DNA of 64,000 bases from Candidatus Latescibacterota bacterium (GTDB lineage: Bacteria; Latescibacterota; UBA2968; GCA-2709665). The notes beneath the pieces were generated by a model. The model was not told where the DNA came from and searched no databases. It was given only the letters and a program-made list of their open reading frames with translations. This document shows, piece by piece, positions 19,845 through 30,258 of this stretch; position 1 is the stretch's first letter; every line of letters begins with the position of its first letter. Where the stretch lies: NCBI GenBank assembly GCA_965208835.1, contig OZ242358.1, forward strand, positions 2,016,001 to 2,080,000, in the 5' to 3' direction. Position numbers and translations under genes: made by a program.

Positions 19845-20975
19845 ATGGATCCAGAGGTCGCCCCAATGCACGCAAACGAGACCGCGCACGTCGAGTTCGA
19901 GGGTGTCAGCAAGAGCTTCGACGGCCGCACCCTCGTCGTCGATAATCTCGATCTCGATGTCCGAAAAGGGGAATTCCTGACGATGCTCGGGCCTTCCGGG
20001 TCTGGTAAGACCACATGTCTCATGATGCTCGCGGGATTTGAAACGCCCTCGTCCGGCGCCATTCGTATCAACGGGCGTTCCGTGCACGAGTTGCCCCCGC
20101 GCAAACGGGGGATCGGCATGGTCTTCCAGAATTACGCGCTCTTTCCCCATATGACGGTTGGCCGGAACCTCGCCTTTCCGCTGGAGGTGCGCGGGCTGGA
20201 CCGGTTGGAATGTCGTGAACGCGTGGCGCGGGCCCTTGAACTGGTCCGCCTCGAAGGATTTGAGGAACGAGAGCCATCCCAGCTTTCCGGTGGCCAGCAG
20301 CAGCGGGTCGCCATTGCGAGGGCGTTGGTCTTCGAGCCCGATCTGGTGCTGATGGACGAGCCGCTCGGGGCGCTCGACCGGCGCCTGCGGGAGGAAATGC
20401 AATATGAAATAAGGCGTATACAGAAAGACCTCGGCGTAACGGTGGTGTACGTGACCCACGACCAGGAGGAGGCGATGGTCATGTCGGACCGGATCGCTGT
20501 GCTCCGGAGGGGCGATATCCAGCAGGTCGCCGCGCCCGAGGTTCTCTACGAAGAGCCGGAACGCTCGTTTGTCGCCCGCTTCATCGGGGAAAACAACCGT
20601 CTCCACGGCCGGGTGCGGAGCGTCGACGGGGACATCTGCGAAGTCGAGACGGGCGGTCGGACCATCAGCGCCCTTCGCGTCGCTCCGTGCGGAGCGGGGG
20701 ACGCCACCACGCTTTCGATCCGGCCCGAGCGGGTTGCCATCTCGCCCGATCCCGGCCTCTATACGAACGAGCTCGACGCAAGAATCGAGGACATCACCTT
20801 TCTGGGCGACCATTTACGGGTTCGTGTGAGCGTTTGCGGCCGTTCGGATTTTATCGCGAAGATACCGAATATCGTGGGGCACGGCGCCATGCTGGTCGGA
20901 GACGAGGTCCGTGTCGGCTGGACGCCGACGGACTGCCGGGTACTGGACCTGGATGACGAGGCTGAGACCACGTGA
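19845..20975 (+). CDS. Polyamine-type ABC transporter ATPase (PotA-like, TOBE domain)
   Basis: GPSGSGKTT, LSGGQQQR and LMDEPLGALD motifs. Confidence 0.92.
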   Translation: MDPEVAPMHANETAHVEFEGVSKSFDGRTLVVDNLDLDVRKGEFLTMLGPSGSGKTTCLMMLAGFETPSSGAIRINGRSVHELPPRKRGIGMVFQNYALFPHMTVGRNLAFPLEVRGLDRLECRERVARALELVRLEGFEEREPSQLSGGQQQRVAIARALVFEPDLVLMDEPLGALDRRLREEMQYEIRRIQKDLGVTVVYVTHDQEEAMVMSDRIAVLRRGDIQQVAAPEVLYEEPERSFVARFIGENNRLHGRVRSVDGDICEVETGGRTISALRVAPCGAGDATTLSIRPERVAISPDPGLYTNELDARIEDITFLGDHLRVRVSVCGRSDFIAKIPNIVGHGAMLVGDEVRVGWTPTDCRVLDLDDEAETT

Positions 20976-22072
20976 AACAGTTTGGCAAGGTTGTCGTGCC
21001 CGTCGCGTTTGCGGCTTTAATGTCTGTGACGATTGTGGTCCCCTCCGGCGCCGACGACCGGCCGCTGACCGTCGTTTCATGGGGTGGGTCCTACGCGCAA
21101 GCCTGTGTCAAGGGCTACCACGAGCGGTTCACCGCGCAGACGGGGATCGCGATCAATCTGGAAGACTACAATGGCGGTCTGGCGCAGATACGCGCTCAGG
21201 TGGACGTGGGCAACGTTTTCTGGGACGTGGTGGACCTGGAGATTGCCGACCTCGTGGCCGGATGCGACGAGGGCCTCCTCGCGCCCGTGGACGTGGAATC
21301 CCTCCCGGCAGGCGCCGACGGTACGCCCGCGGCGGAGGACTTTCTGCCCGGTACGATGACGGACTGCGGGCCGACCTCGTTGTTCGGTTCCACGATTTTT
21401 GCATACAACAGGAAGCGTTTCCGGGGTGACAAACCGGAAACCATCGCCGACTTCTTCGATCTGGAGGCGTTTCCGGGCCGTCGCGGCATGCGTCGCTCGC
21501 CGCAGGTGAATCTGGAATTCGCGCTGATGGCCGACGGGGTGCCGATCGACTCGGTATACGCGGCGCTCGACACGCCCGCCGGCGTTGACCGCGCGTTCCG
21601 GAAACTGGATACGATCAAGGAATACATCGTGTGGTGGGAGGCCGGGGCGCAGCCCCCGCAATTGCTGGCCGACGGGGAGGTGGCGATGACCACAGCCTAT
21701 AACGGGCGTATTTTCAATGCACAGGTGCTCGAAAACCAGCCCTTTGTCGTGGTGTGGGACGGCCAGGTCTACTACACGGCGGGGCTGGGTGTCGTGGCCG
21801 GCACGCGCAACCTGGAAGCAGCCAGGCGGTTCGTCAGGTTTGCCACGAGTGCGGAGTCCCTGGCCGGTGTCGGCCGGTACATCGCATACAGTCCGACGCG
21901 CCGTTCGGCGATGGCGTTGATCGCGACGCACGCCGAGACGGGCGTGGAGATGAATCCGCACATGCCCACCAGCCCTGAAAACGTGAAACGCGCCCTGCGT
22001 AGCGACTGGGCGTGGTGGAGCGATCAGCTTGACGAGATGAACGAGCGTTTCAGCGCGTGGCTGGCGCGCTGA
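20972..22072 (+). CDS. Polyamine-type ABC substrate-binding protein, paralog 1
   Basis: Signal peptide; LTVVSWGGSY, FPGRRG and AYNGRI motifs. Confidence 0.88.
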   Translation: MKQFGKVVVPVAFAALMSVTIVVPSGADDRPLTVVSWGGSYAQACVKGYHERFTAQTGIAINLEDYNGGLAQIRAQVDVGNVFWDVVDLEIADLVAGCDEGLLAPVDVESLPAGADGTPAAEDFLPGTMTDCGPTSLFGSTIFAYNRKRFRGDKPETIADFFDLEAFPGRRGMRRSPQVNLEFALMADGVPIDSVYAALDTPAGVDRAFRKLDTIKEYIVWWEAGAQPPQLLADGEVAMTTAYNGRIFNAQVLENQPFVVVWDGQVYYTAGLGVVAGTRNLEAARRFVRFATSAESLAGVGRYIAYSPTRRSAMALIATHAETGVEMNPHMPTSPENVKRALRSDWAWWSDQLDEMNERFSAWLAR

Positions 22073-22133
22073 ACCAGCCGGTTACTCACGACCGGCTGCA
22101 GATTGTCGGAACGGATGACGAGGAGGAATCATC

Positions 22134-23234
22134 ATGACGGACGTATTAAGCAAGGTCGTTCGCATCGCGTCGCTGGCAGGACTGTCCATATTGACCGCGG
22201 GCGGAGCCGCCGCCGATGACCGTCCATTGACGGTTGTTTCCTGGGGCGGGTCATATGCCCGCGCGTGCGTCAAAGGGTACCACGAGACATTCACCGCCGA
22301 AACGGGCATCGCGATCAACCTGGAAGACTACAACGGCGGCCTGGCGCAGATTCGTGCGCAGGTGGACGTGGGCAATGTCTACTGGGACGTTGTGGACCTG
22401 GAGATTCCGGACCTGGTGCGCGGCTGCGACGAGGGACTGCTTGAACCGATTGCCGTGAGTTCGCTTCCTGCGGGGCCCGACGGCACGCCCGCTGCGGAGG
22501 ACTTTGTGCCAGGCACTCATACCGATTGTGGACCTGCAACGATTTTCTACTCGACAGTGTATGCTTACAACAAGGAGAACATCAAGGGCGACAAACCGGC
22601 CACGATCGCAGACTTTTTCGATCTGGTGAAGTTCCCGGGGCGCCGAGGCATGCGCCGATCTCCACTGGTGAACCTGGAGTTCGCGTTGATGGCCGACGGC
22701 GTACCCATCGACTCCGTCTACGCCGCGCTCGACACGCCCGCGGGCGTGGACCGCGCGTTCCGAAAGCTGGACACGATCAAGGAGCACATCGTATGGTGGG
22801 AGGCGGGGGCGCAGCCGCCACAAATGCTGGCGGACGGAGAGGTCGCTATGAGTACGGCCTACAACGGTCGCATCTTCAACGCGCAGGTGCTGGAAGACCA
22901 GCCCTTTGTCGTGGTGTGGGACGGCCAGGTTCTCGATACCGGCGGACTGGCCATTGTCGCGGGCACGCCCAACCTCGAAGCGGCAAGGAAGTTCGTCAAC
23001 TTCGCCACAAGCGCGCGGGCCATCGCCGGTGTGGGCCGATATATTTCCTATAGCCCGACGCGTCGCTCGGCGATGGCGCTGATTTCGACGCATGCAGAAA
23101 AAGGCGTGGATATGATTCCGCACATGCCCACCAGCCCTCAGAACGTGAAGCGCGCTCTGCACAACAACTGGGAATGGTGGAGCGATCACCTGGACGAAAT
23201 GAACGAGCGCTTCAGCGCCTGGCTGGCGCGTTGA
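22134..23234 (+). CDS. Polyamine-type ABC substrate-binding protein, paralog 2
   Basis: Same motifs and same length (366 aa) as the upstream gene, with long identical stretches. Confidence 0.88.
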   Translation: MTDVLSKVVRIASLAGLSILTAGGAAADDRPLTVVSWGGSYARACVKGYHETFTAETGIAINLEDYNGGLAQIRAQVDVGNVYWDVVDLEIPDLVRGCDEGLLEPIAVSSLPAGPDGTPAAEDFVPGTHTDCGPATIFYSTVYAYNKENIKGDKPATIADFFDLVKFPGRRGMRRSPLVNLEFALMADGVPIDSVYAALDTPAGVDRAFRKLDTIKEHIVWWEAGAQPPQMLADGEVAMSTAYNGRIFNAQVLEDQPFVVVWDGQVLDTGGLAIVAGTPNLEAARKFVNFATSARAIAGVGRYISYSPTRRSAMALISTHAEKGVDMIPHMPTSPQNVKRALHNNWEWWSDHLDEMNERFSAWLAR

Positions 23235-23308
23235 ATTGGCACATTGTTTGCAGGGTTCTTTTCGGCGATATTAAACATCGTGCTGGACAAGCCGAAAGGA
23301 GAGACGCT

Positions 23309-23722
23309 ATGGGCGCGACGTACGTTGACGTAACGATCCGAAATCCGGCCGATCTGCAGCGAAGCTGGACCGGAACATTCCTGGTGGACACTGGCGCGTT
23401 CGACTCGCTCGTACCCAGGGCTCGGTTGGAATCGATCGGACTTGAACCGAAAGGCAGTCGCGAGTACACCCTCGCCGATGGGACCGGCATCAGCCTGGAG
23501 ATTACGACCGCCGACCTGGAGTTCGAGGGAGAGGTCGTGGGCGGCACCATCGTATACGGCGAGGATGGTGCGGAACCGCTGCTTGGCGTGACGGCACTCG
23601 AATCGGGTGGTTTCGAGGTGGATCCGCGCAACCAGGAGTTGAAACGGTTACCTGCGATCCTGTTGAAGAGAATCGAATGTTTGGCTGACTTGGAGAATGA
23701 CGACCATGGGCGAGGACATTAA
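23309..23722 (+). CDS. Clan AA (retropepsin-like) aspartic protease, AF0612-type
   Basis: FLVDTGA and EPLLGVTALE motifs; ATG 23309 follows AAAGGAG. Confidence 0.85.
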   Translation: MGATYVDVTIRNPADLQRSWTGTFLVDTGAFDSLVPRARLESIGLEPKGSREYTLADGTGISLEITTADLEFEGEVVGGTIVYGEDGAEPLLGVTALESGGFEVDPRNQELKRLPAILLKRIECLADLENDDHGRGH

Positions 23723-23743
23723 GGTCGAAGAGGGGATTTCGCG

Positions 23744-24943
23744 ATGCCCCAGGTTCGCAAGCTAAGAATCGCGCAGGTGGGATGCGGCAGCCGGGGACTG
23801 GGCGTGCGGCTGCCCGCAATCCGCATGATGTCGGACGTGTTCGAACTGGCGGCCGTGTGCGACGTGGATGAAGCGAAGGCGCGGTCGGTCGGCGCAGAAT
23901 ACGGGGTCCCTGCCTATTCGCGGGTCCAGGACCTGGCGGCGCATGAACACCTCGACGTCGCGGCGATCAGTACGCCCGGCGATTCGCACCACGCCGTCGG
24001 CGCGTACCTGGCCGAGCGAGGCGTGAGTCTCATCGTGGAAACACCGATCGCGCCGATGCTGCAGACTGCCGACGTGCTCATCCGGGCGGTCGAACGGGGT
24101 GGTGTGAAGCTGGAAGTCGCCGAGCAGTTCTGTCGGGAACCCATGCACCTGATGAAGCGCAAGGCGATCGAGGCCGGGCACATCGGGGATGTACTTCGGG
24201 TGTTCTCTCTCTTTCAGACCGGCGGCTATCACATCGTGAGCAACGTCCGGGCGATGGCGTGTGATTCCGAGGCCGTGCGCGTCACCGGCATGGCGATGAA
24301 TTCGCCGATTCCCAGGGTGAACGTAAGCGACATTCGGCAATACGAAACCGAATCCTGGACGATGGACATGGTCGAATTCGCGAACGGCGCGCTGGCCGTG
24401 ATGTCCTACTCTTCCATGTATCACGGCAGGGCCCTCGGTCGCAAGAGCCAGACGTTGTTTCAGGTCGACGGCACCACCGGAACCATTGTCGAGGATGACG
24501 TGCATACCACCACGGAAGCACAGCGGCTGAGCGGCGGCCGCGCCACCGTCTGCCCGATAAGGACGCAAACGCGCGAAATGGACGGTATACAGGTGCTGGA
24601 CCGGATGGTAGTGGAGACCGACCCGCCGCTCGTTTGGCGGAATCCGTGGCCGCAATACCGGACTTCCCCGCGCGGGTTGGCGATTGTGGAGGAGATGGAC
24701 AGTATTGCAAGGGCAGTACGTGACAACCTGCCGACGCGATATGACGGGTACCGCGCGCGGAAGGACATCGAGATCGAACTGGCGGTGGCCGAGTCCGGGC
24801 GGTTGGGGGGGAAACCGGTGGACCTGCCATTACGGGAACCCACGTCGCGGGAAACGAACATGCTTGAACGATTCGAGCGAGATTATGCGTGCGATCCATT
24901 CGACGTGGATGCGTGCGTGGACGTGTTCTTTCCGAAGCGGTAG
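23744..24943 (+). CDS. Gfo/Idh/MocA family oxidoreductase
   Basis: VGCGSRG, AVCD and STP..SH motifs; ETP replaces the usual EKP. Confidence 0.85.
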   Translation: MPQVRKLRIAQVGCGSRGLGVRLPAIRMMSDVFELAAVCDVDEAKARSVGAEYGVPAYSRVQDLAAHEHLDVAAISTPGDSHHAVGAYLAERGVSLIVETPIAPMLQTADVLIRAVERGGVKLEVAEQFCREPMHLMKRKAIEAGHIGDVLRVFSLFQTGGYHIVSNVRAMACDSEAVRVTGMAMNSPIPRVNVSDIRQYETESWTMDMVEFANGALAVMSYSSMYHGRALGRKSQTLFQVDGTTGTIVEDDVHTTTEAQRLSGGRATVCPIRTQTREMDGIQVLDRMVVETDPPLVWRNPWPQYRTSPRGLAIVEEMDSIARAVRDNLPTRYDGYRARKDIEIELAVAESGRLGGKPVDLPLREPTSRETNMLERFERDYACDPFDVDACVDVFFPKR

Positions 24944-24982
24944 TCAATTCAGATGAAACGCCGGGTCCAGGAGAAATCGAGA

Positions 24983-26061
24983 ATGGGCAGGGGACACGCA
25001 TTCGCTTCCGAGACGAGAAGACTGACGGACCAGAGAACGGGTGCATCGATCCGTCAGATGACGGATCATCCCGCCATCAGTCACAATCTTTACTTTTCGA
25101 ACCCGTCGTGGACGCCGGACGGAAAGACCATTGTATTCACCTCGTATCGCTCCGGGAAACCGACCTCTTCAAAATCGACGAGGCGGCCGGCACGATCACG
25201 CAGTTGACCGATACGGAAGGATTCGGGGGCTTCGCCGCCTGCCCTTCTCGAGACGGGCAGAGTGTATTCTACAATGCGGGCGGACAGGTACGTGCCGTAG
25301 ACTTAGACACGCTCGAGGAGTCGGTCCTCGCCGATTTCGGGAGCGGCAGCGCAGGTGGGTGCAGTCTCTCGTCAGACGGCGCGCGCCTCGTGACCTCGTT
25401 GCATCGGGACGGAACTTCGGCGGTGGTTGCCGTAGAGACTGACGGGACCGGTTTCCGCGTGGTGCGTGAACCGCCCCGCGCCGTCGGCCACGTTCAGGTC
25501 TGCCCGGTCGACCCGGACCTCATCCTTTACTCGAGCGACGTGAATCAGCGCATGTGGGAGGTAAGGATTGACGGGAGCGCTGAACGTGCGCTGTTTGTGC
25601 ACGACAAGTCGGTCTGGATCACGCACGAGACGTTTCTGGGGCATTCCGATGAAGTGATGTTCGTGCATTGGCCATACGCCCTGCGGGGAATCAGGGCGGG
25701 GGAGGACGAAGACCGGACCATCGCTTCCTTTAACGCCTGGCACCCGTCGCCCCGTGCTGATGGCTCCCTCATCGTGTGCGACACCACCTGTCCCGATGTC
25801 GGGTTGCAGCTGATCGATCCGAAGACCGGCAAGCACGAGACACTGTGCTTTCCCGGCAGTTCGAACGGAGGATCGCAGTGGGCGAAAACGGTCCCCGAGG
25901 ATGACCACAAGACGCGTCCCGAAACATACGGGCCTCAGTGGTCCCACCCGCACCCTTCCTTCAGTCCCGACGGGAAACGGGTCATTTATACTTCGGACCG
26001 GACGGGCGTCAGCCAGATTTACGTCGTGGATGTGCCTGTTTGGGGTACCTCGCTCAACTGA
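24983..26061 (+). pseudogene. Oligogalacturonate lyase/TolB-like beta-propeller, frameshifted near 25155 (pseudogene or sequencing error)
   Basis: The N-terminus (TDQRTGASIRQMTD...HNLYFSNPSWTPDG) is in one frame and the rest (TDLFKID...THET...HPHPSFSPDG) in another. One extra G in GGG restores a single ORF. Confidence 0.7.
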
Positions 26062-26102
26062 GTGCCCCGCCCCGGCCGCGCCCGACTTCAAGCAAAAAAC
26101 GC

Positions 26103-26131
26103 TTGACTCCCGATGCGCAATCCTGTAGATT
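26103..26131 (+). promoter_or_regulatory. Putative sigma70 promoter upstream of the TPR/MoxR/Bat operon
   Basis: TTGACT-17 nt-TAGATT followed by an AT-rich stretch. Confidence 0.45.
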
Positions 26132-26264
26132 TGCGTTCCGCCTTTTCTTCGAATTATCCTCATTAAAATAAAGAAGATATAAATATCCGCTTTCAATTGT
26201 GGGAAGGGCGGAAGCGGCCATCTCATTCCGGAGGACTTCTGTCGGGTGCGGTTGGATCTGGTGT

Positions 26265-26422
26265 TGGAAGCCCGTTGAGGAAGTCCATCCGGGGCTACAG
26301 CCGGCCCTTGCGGTCGAAAACCTGCGTTACGCTCCCGCCGAATCGCTGGATGGAACTCGGTCGCGCGCCTTGTCTTCGATCACAACGCCTCGCCTGCAGA
26401 GCGACTTCATCAACGGACTTCA
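26265..26422 (-). repeat. Family A element, copy A2
   Basis: AAGCCCGTTGAGGAAGTC...GACTTCATCAACGGACTT; body aligns to the reverse complement of A1. Confidence 0.85.
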
Positions 26423-26539
26423 GGGCCGGCCCGTGACGCACTTAGGCGCGCCCTCTTGATGCACGGCGGAACAAGGGTGACCCCTGAATATGTCGTTGAG
26501 AATTTCGGAACTCGGATTCGGTTGAAGTGTTGTCTTATA

Positions 26540-26704
26540 AGAAGCTGTATTAGAATTGCCGGTGCGTTCCCGAGCGCGAGCGAAAGGGTGTCGGTCCAGG
26601 CGGGCGAATTCGCCCCTATCTTAATGATAAGGGTGGATTCGACCAACGCAGACCGACGCGTTTGCAGCCGCGCGAAGACCGCTGGGAATTGCAATACAGC
26701 TTCT
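26540..26704 (+). repeat. Family B element, copy B2
   Basis: AGAAGCTGTATTAGAATT...AATTGCAATACAGCTTCT; arms match B1 and B3. Confidence 0.85.
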
Positions 26705-26727
26705 GAAGGAAGGAGCGGAATTTCAGA

Positions 26728-27219
26728 ATGATCCGGTGGACGTGTGTCCTGGGATTGGCGGCCTCCCTTATTGTCGGGTGCGCCCGCGAGTCCGCGGACG
26801 AGTTGTTTTCAAAAGGGGAGGCGGCGGCTCACAAGCAGGCGACCTATCCGCAGGCGGAAGTACATCTCAGAAAGTTCCTGGATTTTTATCCGGATGATCC
26901 AAGGGCAGACCTGGCGCTACACGGTCTTGCGCGCGTGCTGCTGAATCGACACAAATTCGACGAGGCCGTCGGGACTTATGAAACGCTGGTTCGGCGTTTC
27001 CCGGAAAGCCGGTACGCCGATCAGGCCCAGTTTATGATCGGGTACACCTACGACCTCCAGGGTGAATTTGAAAAAGCCCGCGAAGCTTATCAGAAGGTCA
27101 TCGATATGTTCCCGAAGTCTGAATTGAATGACGATGCCACCATTTCGATCCGGAATCTCGGTAAGCCGCCCGAGGATTGGTTTCCCGTCGATTCGACTTC
27201 GGCCGCAGGTGGAAACTGA
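26728..27219 (+). CDS. TPR lipoprotein (BamD/YbgF-like)
   Basis: Lipobox IVGC; TPR repeats with FP.S.YA..A motifs. Confidence 0.78.
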   Translation: MIRWTCVLGLAASLIVGCARESADELFSKGEAAAHKQATYPQAEVHLRKFLDFYPDDPRADLALHGLARVLLNRHKFDEAVGTYETLVRRFPESRYADQAQFMIGYTYDLQGEFEKAREAYQKVIDMFPKSELNDDATISIRNLGKPPEDWFPVDSTSAAGGN

Positions 27220-27430
27220 ACCTGGGACGGATGTGACAGGTTCGGAACGAGATCCGTGCCGCCGCGCCCGACCCGACTTCACTCACCGTTGCAGGCTGTC
27301 AACAAGCCCGTGGAGCCATGGTTTCTCAACATTCTGTCAACGCAACCCGGCCGGACGGTATCGGTGTATTCGGAAACCGTCCGGTGTTCTTTTGGAACCT
27401 GATTTTGAATCAGCTTCTTAGGATACAACG

Positions 27431-28426
27431 ATGACGATCGCAGCCGATATACAGCAACTGAACGATGAAGTGGAACGGGAGAGCGCGTTCGTCCAGCGCC
27501 TCACGGGCGAGGTGGGCCGGGTGATCGTGGGTCAGCAGCCCATGGTTGAACGGCTGTTGATCGGGTTGCTGTGCAACGGCCACGTGTTGCTGGAAGGCGT
27601 GCCCGGTCTGGCAAAGACATTAACGATCACCACGATGGCGCGGGCAATCCAGTCCTCTTTCAGCCGCATTCAGTTCACGCCCGATCTGTTGCCTGCGGAC
27701 CTGATCGGCACCATGATCTACAACCAGGCGACAGGCGAATTCGTACCGAAGAAAGGGCCTGTCTTCGCGCAACTCGTACTCGCCGACGAAGTGAACAGGG
27801 CGCCCGCCAAGGTTCAGAGCGCGATGCTCGAGGCGATGCAGGAGCGCCAGGTGACCATCGGCGACAGGACCTTCCTCATGGACGATCCGTTTCTTGTCCT
27901 TGCCACTCAGAATCCAATAGAGCAGGAGGGAACCTATCCCCTTCCCGAGGCGCAGGTGGACCGCTTCATGATGAAGGTCCGCGTCACCTATCCGCGGCGT
28001 GAAGAGGAACGGGAGATCATCGACCGGATGGAGGGCGGTGAACCCCCGGCCGCTAACCCCGTTGTCCGGCCTGAAGACATCATTCGGGCGCGGGGGGTCG
28101 TCGACCGGGTGTACGTCGACGATAAGATCAAGGACTACATCGTGAACCTGATGATGGCAACTCGGGATCCGGCGGCTTCAGGTATCCAGGATCTCAACGC
28201 GCTGATCGAATGTGGTTGTTCGCCGCGCGGCTCCATCTTCCTGACGCGCGCGGCAAAGGCCCACGCCTTCCTGAGGCGCCGGGGTTACGTGACGCCGGAG
28301 GACGTGAAAGCCATGGGTCTGGACATTCTCCGCCATCGGGTGATCGTAACGTACGAAGCCGAAGCGGAAGAGGTCGATTCAGAGGACATCGTCCGCCGGA
28401 TATTCGATCACGTCGAGGTGCCCTGA
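27431..28426 (+). CDS. moxR: MoxR family AAA+ ATPase
   Basis: EGVPGLAKT, RIQFTPDLLPAD, LADEVNRAPAKVQSA and NPIEQEGTYPLPEAQVDRF motifs. Confidence 0.95.
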   Translation: MTIAADIQQLNDEVERESAFVQRLTGEVGRVIVGQQPMVERLLIGLLCNGHVLLEGVPGLAKTLTITTMARAIQSSFSRIQFTPDLLPADLIGTMIYNQATGEFVPKKGPVFAQLVLADEVNRAPAKVQSAMLEAMQERQVTIGDRTFLMDDPFLVLATQNPIEQEGTYPLPEAQVDRFMMKVRVTYPRREEEREIIDRMEGGEPPAANPVVRPEDIIRARGVVDRVYVDDKIKDYIVNLMMATRDPAASGIQDLNALIECGCSPRGSIFLTRAAKAHAFLRRRGYVTPEDVKAMGLDILRHRVIVTYEAEAEEVDSEDIVRRIFDHVEVP

Positions 28427-28430
28427 CACG

Positions 28431-29312
28431 ATGATTCCTGCTGAAATACTCAAGAAAGTGCGTCGCATCGAACTGCGCACGCGGTACCTGGTCGACACCG
28501 TGTTCTCCGGAGAGTACCATTCCGTTTTCAAGGGGCAGGGGATGGCGTTCGCCGAAGTCCGTGAATACCAGTTGGGAGACGATATCCGGTCGATAGACTG
28601 GAACGTCACCGCCCGGATGGGACACCCCTTCGTCAAAGTGTACGACGAAGAACGTGAGCTGACGGTGATGTTGATGGTGGACGCCAGCGCATCCGGAGAT
28701 TTCGGCACGGTGTCGCAGATGAAGGGGGAAATCGGGGTCGAGATCTGCGCTCTGCTGGCATTCTCGGCCATTCAGAACAACGATCGCGTGGGCCTGATCG
28801 TCTTCACGGACGACGTGGAGGTGTTTATCCCGCCCAAAAAGGGCAGGATGCACGTGCTGCGCGTGATCCGGGAACTGTTGTACTTCAGACCCAGTCGCCG
28901 GGGTACGGACATCGGCGCGGCGTTGGACTATCTCAACCGGATCAACAAACGAAAGAGCGTAGTTTTTCTCGTCTCCGACTTTCTGGCGTCCGGCTATGAG
29001 GCCGCGTTGCGGGTGTCCGGCAAGCGACACGACCTGATTGCGGTCGTTCTCCAGGACCCGAGAGAACGTGAATTGCCCGATGTCGGTCTGGTTGAGCTGG
29101 AAGACGCCGAGACGGGACGGGAGATGCTCGTCGATACGTCCGACCCGGAGTTTCGGTATCTCTTCAGGCAGTTGAACGACAGGGCGGAGGAACGCAGGGA
29201 TCAGGTGTTCCGTTCGGTGGGCATCGACCGCGTCGATATCCATACCGAGTCGACGTACGTGGACGCGTTGATGCGTTTCTTCAGGAAACGGGCGCAACAG
29301 ATCGCGGCGTAG
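28431..29312 (+). CDS. DUF58 (VWA-like) MoxR partner
   Basis: FKGQGMAFAEVREYQLGDDIRSIDWNVTAR and LVSDF motifs. Confidence 0.92.
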   Translation: MIPAEILKKVRRIELRTRYLVDTVFSGEYHSVFKGQGMAFAEVREYQLGDDIRSIDWNVTARMGHPFVKVYDEERELTVMLMVDASASGDFGTVSQMKGEIGVEICALLAFSAIQNNDRVGLIVFTDDVEVFIPPKKGRMHVLRVIRELLYFRPSRRGTDIGAALDYLNRINKRKSVVFLVSDFLASGYEAALRVSGKRHDLIAVVLQDPRERELPDVGLVELEDAETGREMLVDTSDPEFRYLFRQLNDRAEERRDQVFRSVGIDRVDIHTESTYVDALMRFFRKRAQQIAA

Positions 29313-29322
29313 GGAGGCCGAT

Positions 29323-30258
29323 GTGATCGAAGTTGATCATTTGACCAAACAGTACGGGTCGCTGGTGGCGGTGAAGGACCTGACGTTTAATGTCGAAAAG
29401 GGAGAAGTGGTCGGATTCCTCGGTCCCAACGGCGCGGGAAAGACCACCACCATGCGTATTCTGACGTGTTTTCAGCCGGCGACGCTGGGGACCGCCCGGA
29501 TCGCCGGATTCGACGTTTTCGACGAACCGATGGAGGTCAAGAGGCGCATCGGGTACCTTCCGGAGCATCCGCCGGTCTACAGCGACATGTACGTGCATTC
29601 GTATCTGGACTTTGTCGCGCAGATAAAGGGCGTGCCGTCACATAATCGAAGGTCTCGGGTGGACAGCGCGATGGAACGATGCGGGATAACGGATCGGGCG
29701 AAACAGCTGATCGGCCAGTTGTCGAAGGGTTATCGCCAGCGGGTGGGAATCGCCCAGGCCATTCTGCACGATCCGGACGTCATTATCCTGGATGAGCCGA
29801 CCATCGGACTGGACCCCAACCAGATTCAGGAGATTCGCCGGTTAATCCGCGGACTGGGCCGCGAACACACGGTGATTCTGAGCACACACATACTGCCCGA
29901 GGTGGAAATGACCTGCGACCGCGTGATCATCATCAACAGGGGTCGGATCGCGGCCGTGGATACGCCTGAAAACCTCACGGCGAATGCGTCGGGCAACCGG
30001 CGGTATTACGTCGCGGTGTCGGGCGATTTGGATGCTGCCGCCGACGCTATCGGGGAAGTCCCGGGTGTCGTGGACGTCAGGCGCGCAAGCGAGAACCCGG
30101 CATTGGAGGTCGACGTTTCCGGCGAAACCGATATGCGCCCGGCGATTGCGTCCAGGCTGGTGGAGCGCGACCTCGGGCTGGTGGAATTAAGGCCGATTAC
30201 CGCCAGACTGGAAGACATCTTCCACGAATTGACGACAAGCGAGGAGGCGACCTCCTGA
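29323..30258 (+). CDS. ABC-2 type ATPase, GldA-like
   Basis: GPNGAGKTT, LSKGYRQRVGIAQA, DEPTIGLDP and STHILPEV motifs. Confidence 0.9.
   Translation: MIEVDHLTKQYGSLVAVKDLTFNVEKGEVVGFLGPNGAGKTTTMRILTCFQPATLGTARIAGFDVFDEPMEVKRRIGYLPEHPPVYSDMYVHSYLDFVAQIKGVPSHNRRSRVDSAMERCGITDRAKQLIGQLSKGYRQRVGIAQAILHDPDVIILDEPTIGLDPNQIQEIRRLIRGLGREHTVILSTHILPEVEMTCDRVIIINRGRIAAVDTPENLTANASGNRRYYVAVSGDLDAAADAIGEVPGVVDVRRASENPALEVDVSGETDMRPAIASRLVERDLGLVELRPITARLEDIFHELTTSEEATS

Noticed and set aside
18858-20813. 651-aa minus-strand ORF and other long antisense ORFs
   Set aside because: Typical high-GC antisense frames opposite well-supported genes.
25150-25165. Programmed -1 frameshift at GGGAAAC
   Set aside because: The heptamer is out of register with the reading frame; an indel is the simpler explanation.
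26197-26731. Small ORFs resembling those at 12255-12521, 13502-13729 and 47116-47592
   Set aside because: The similarity comes from the non-coding A and B repeats; frames and starts are inconsistent between copies.
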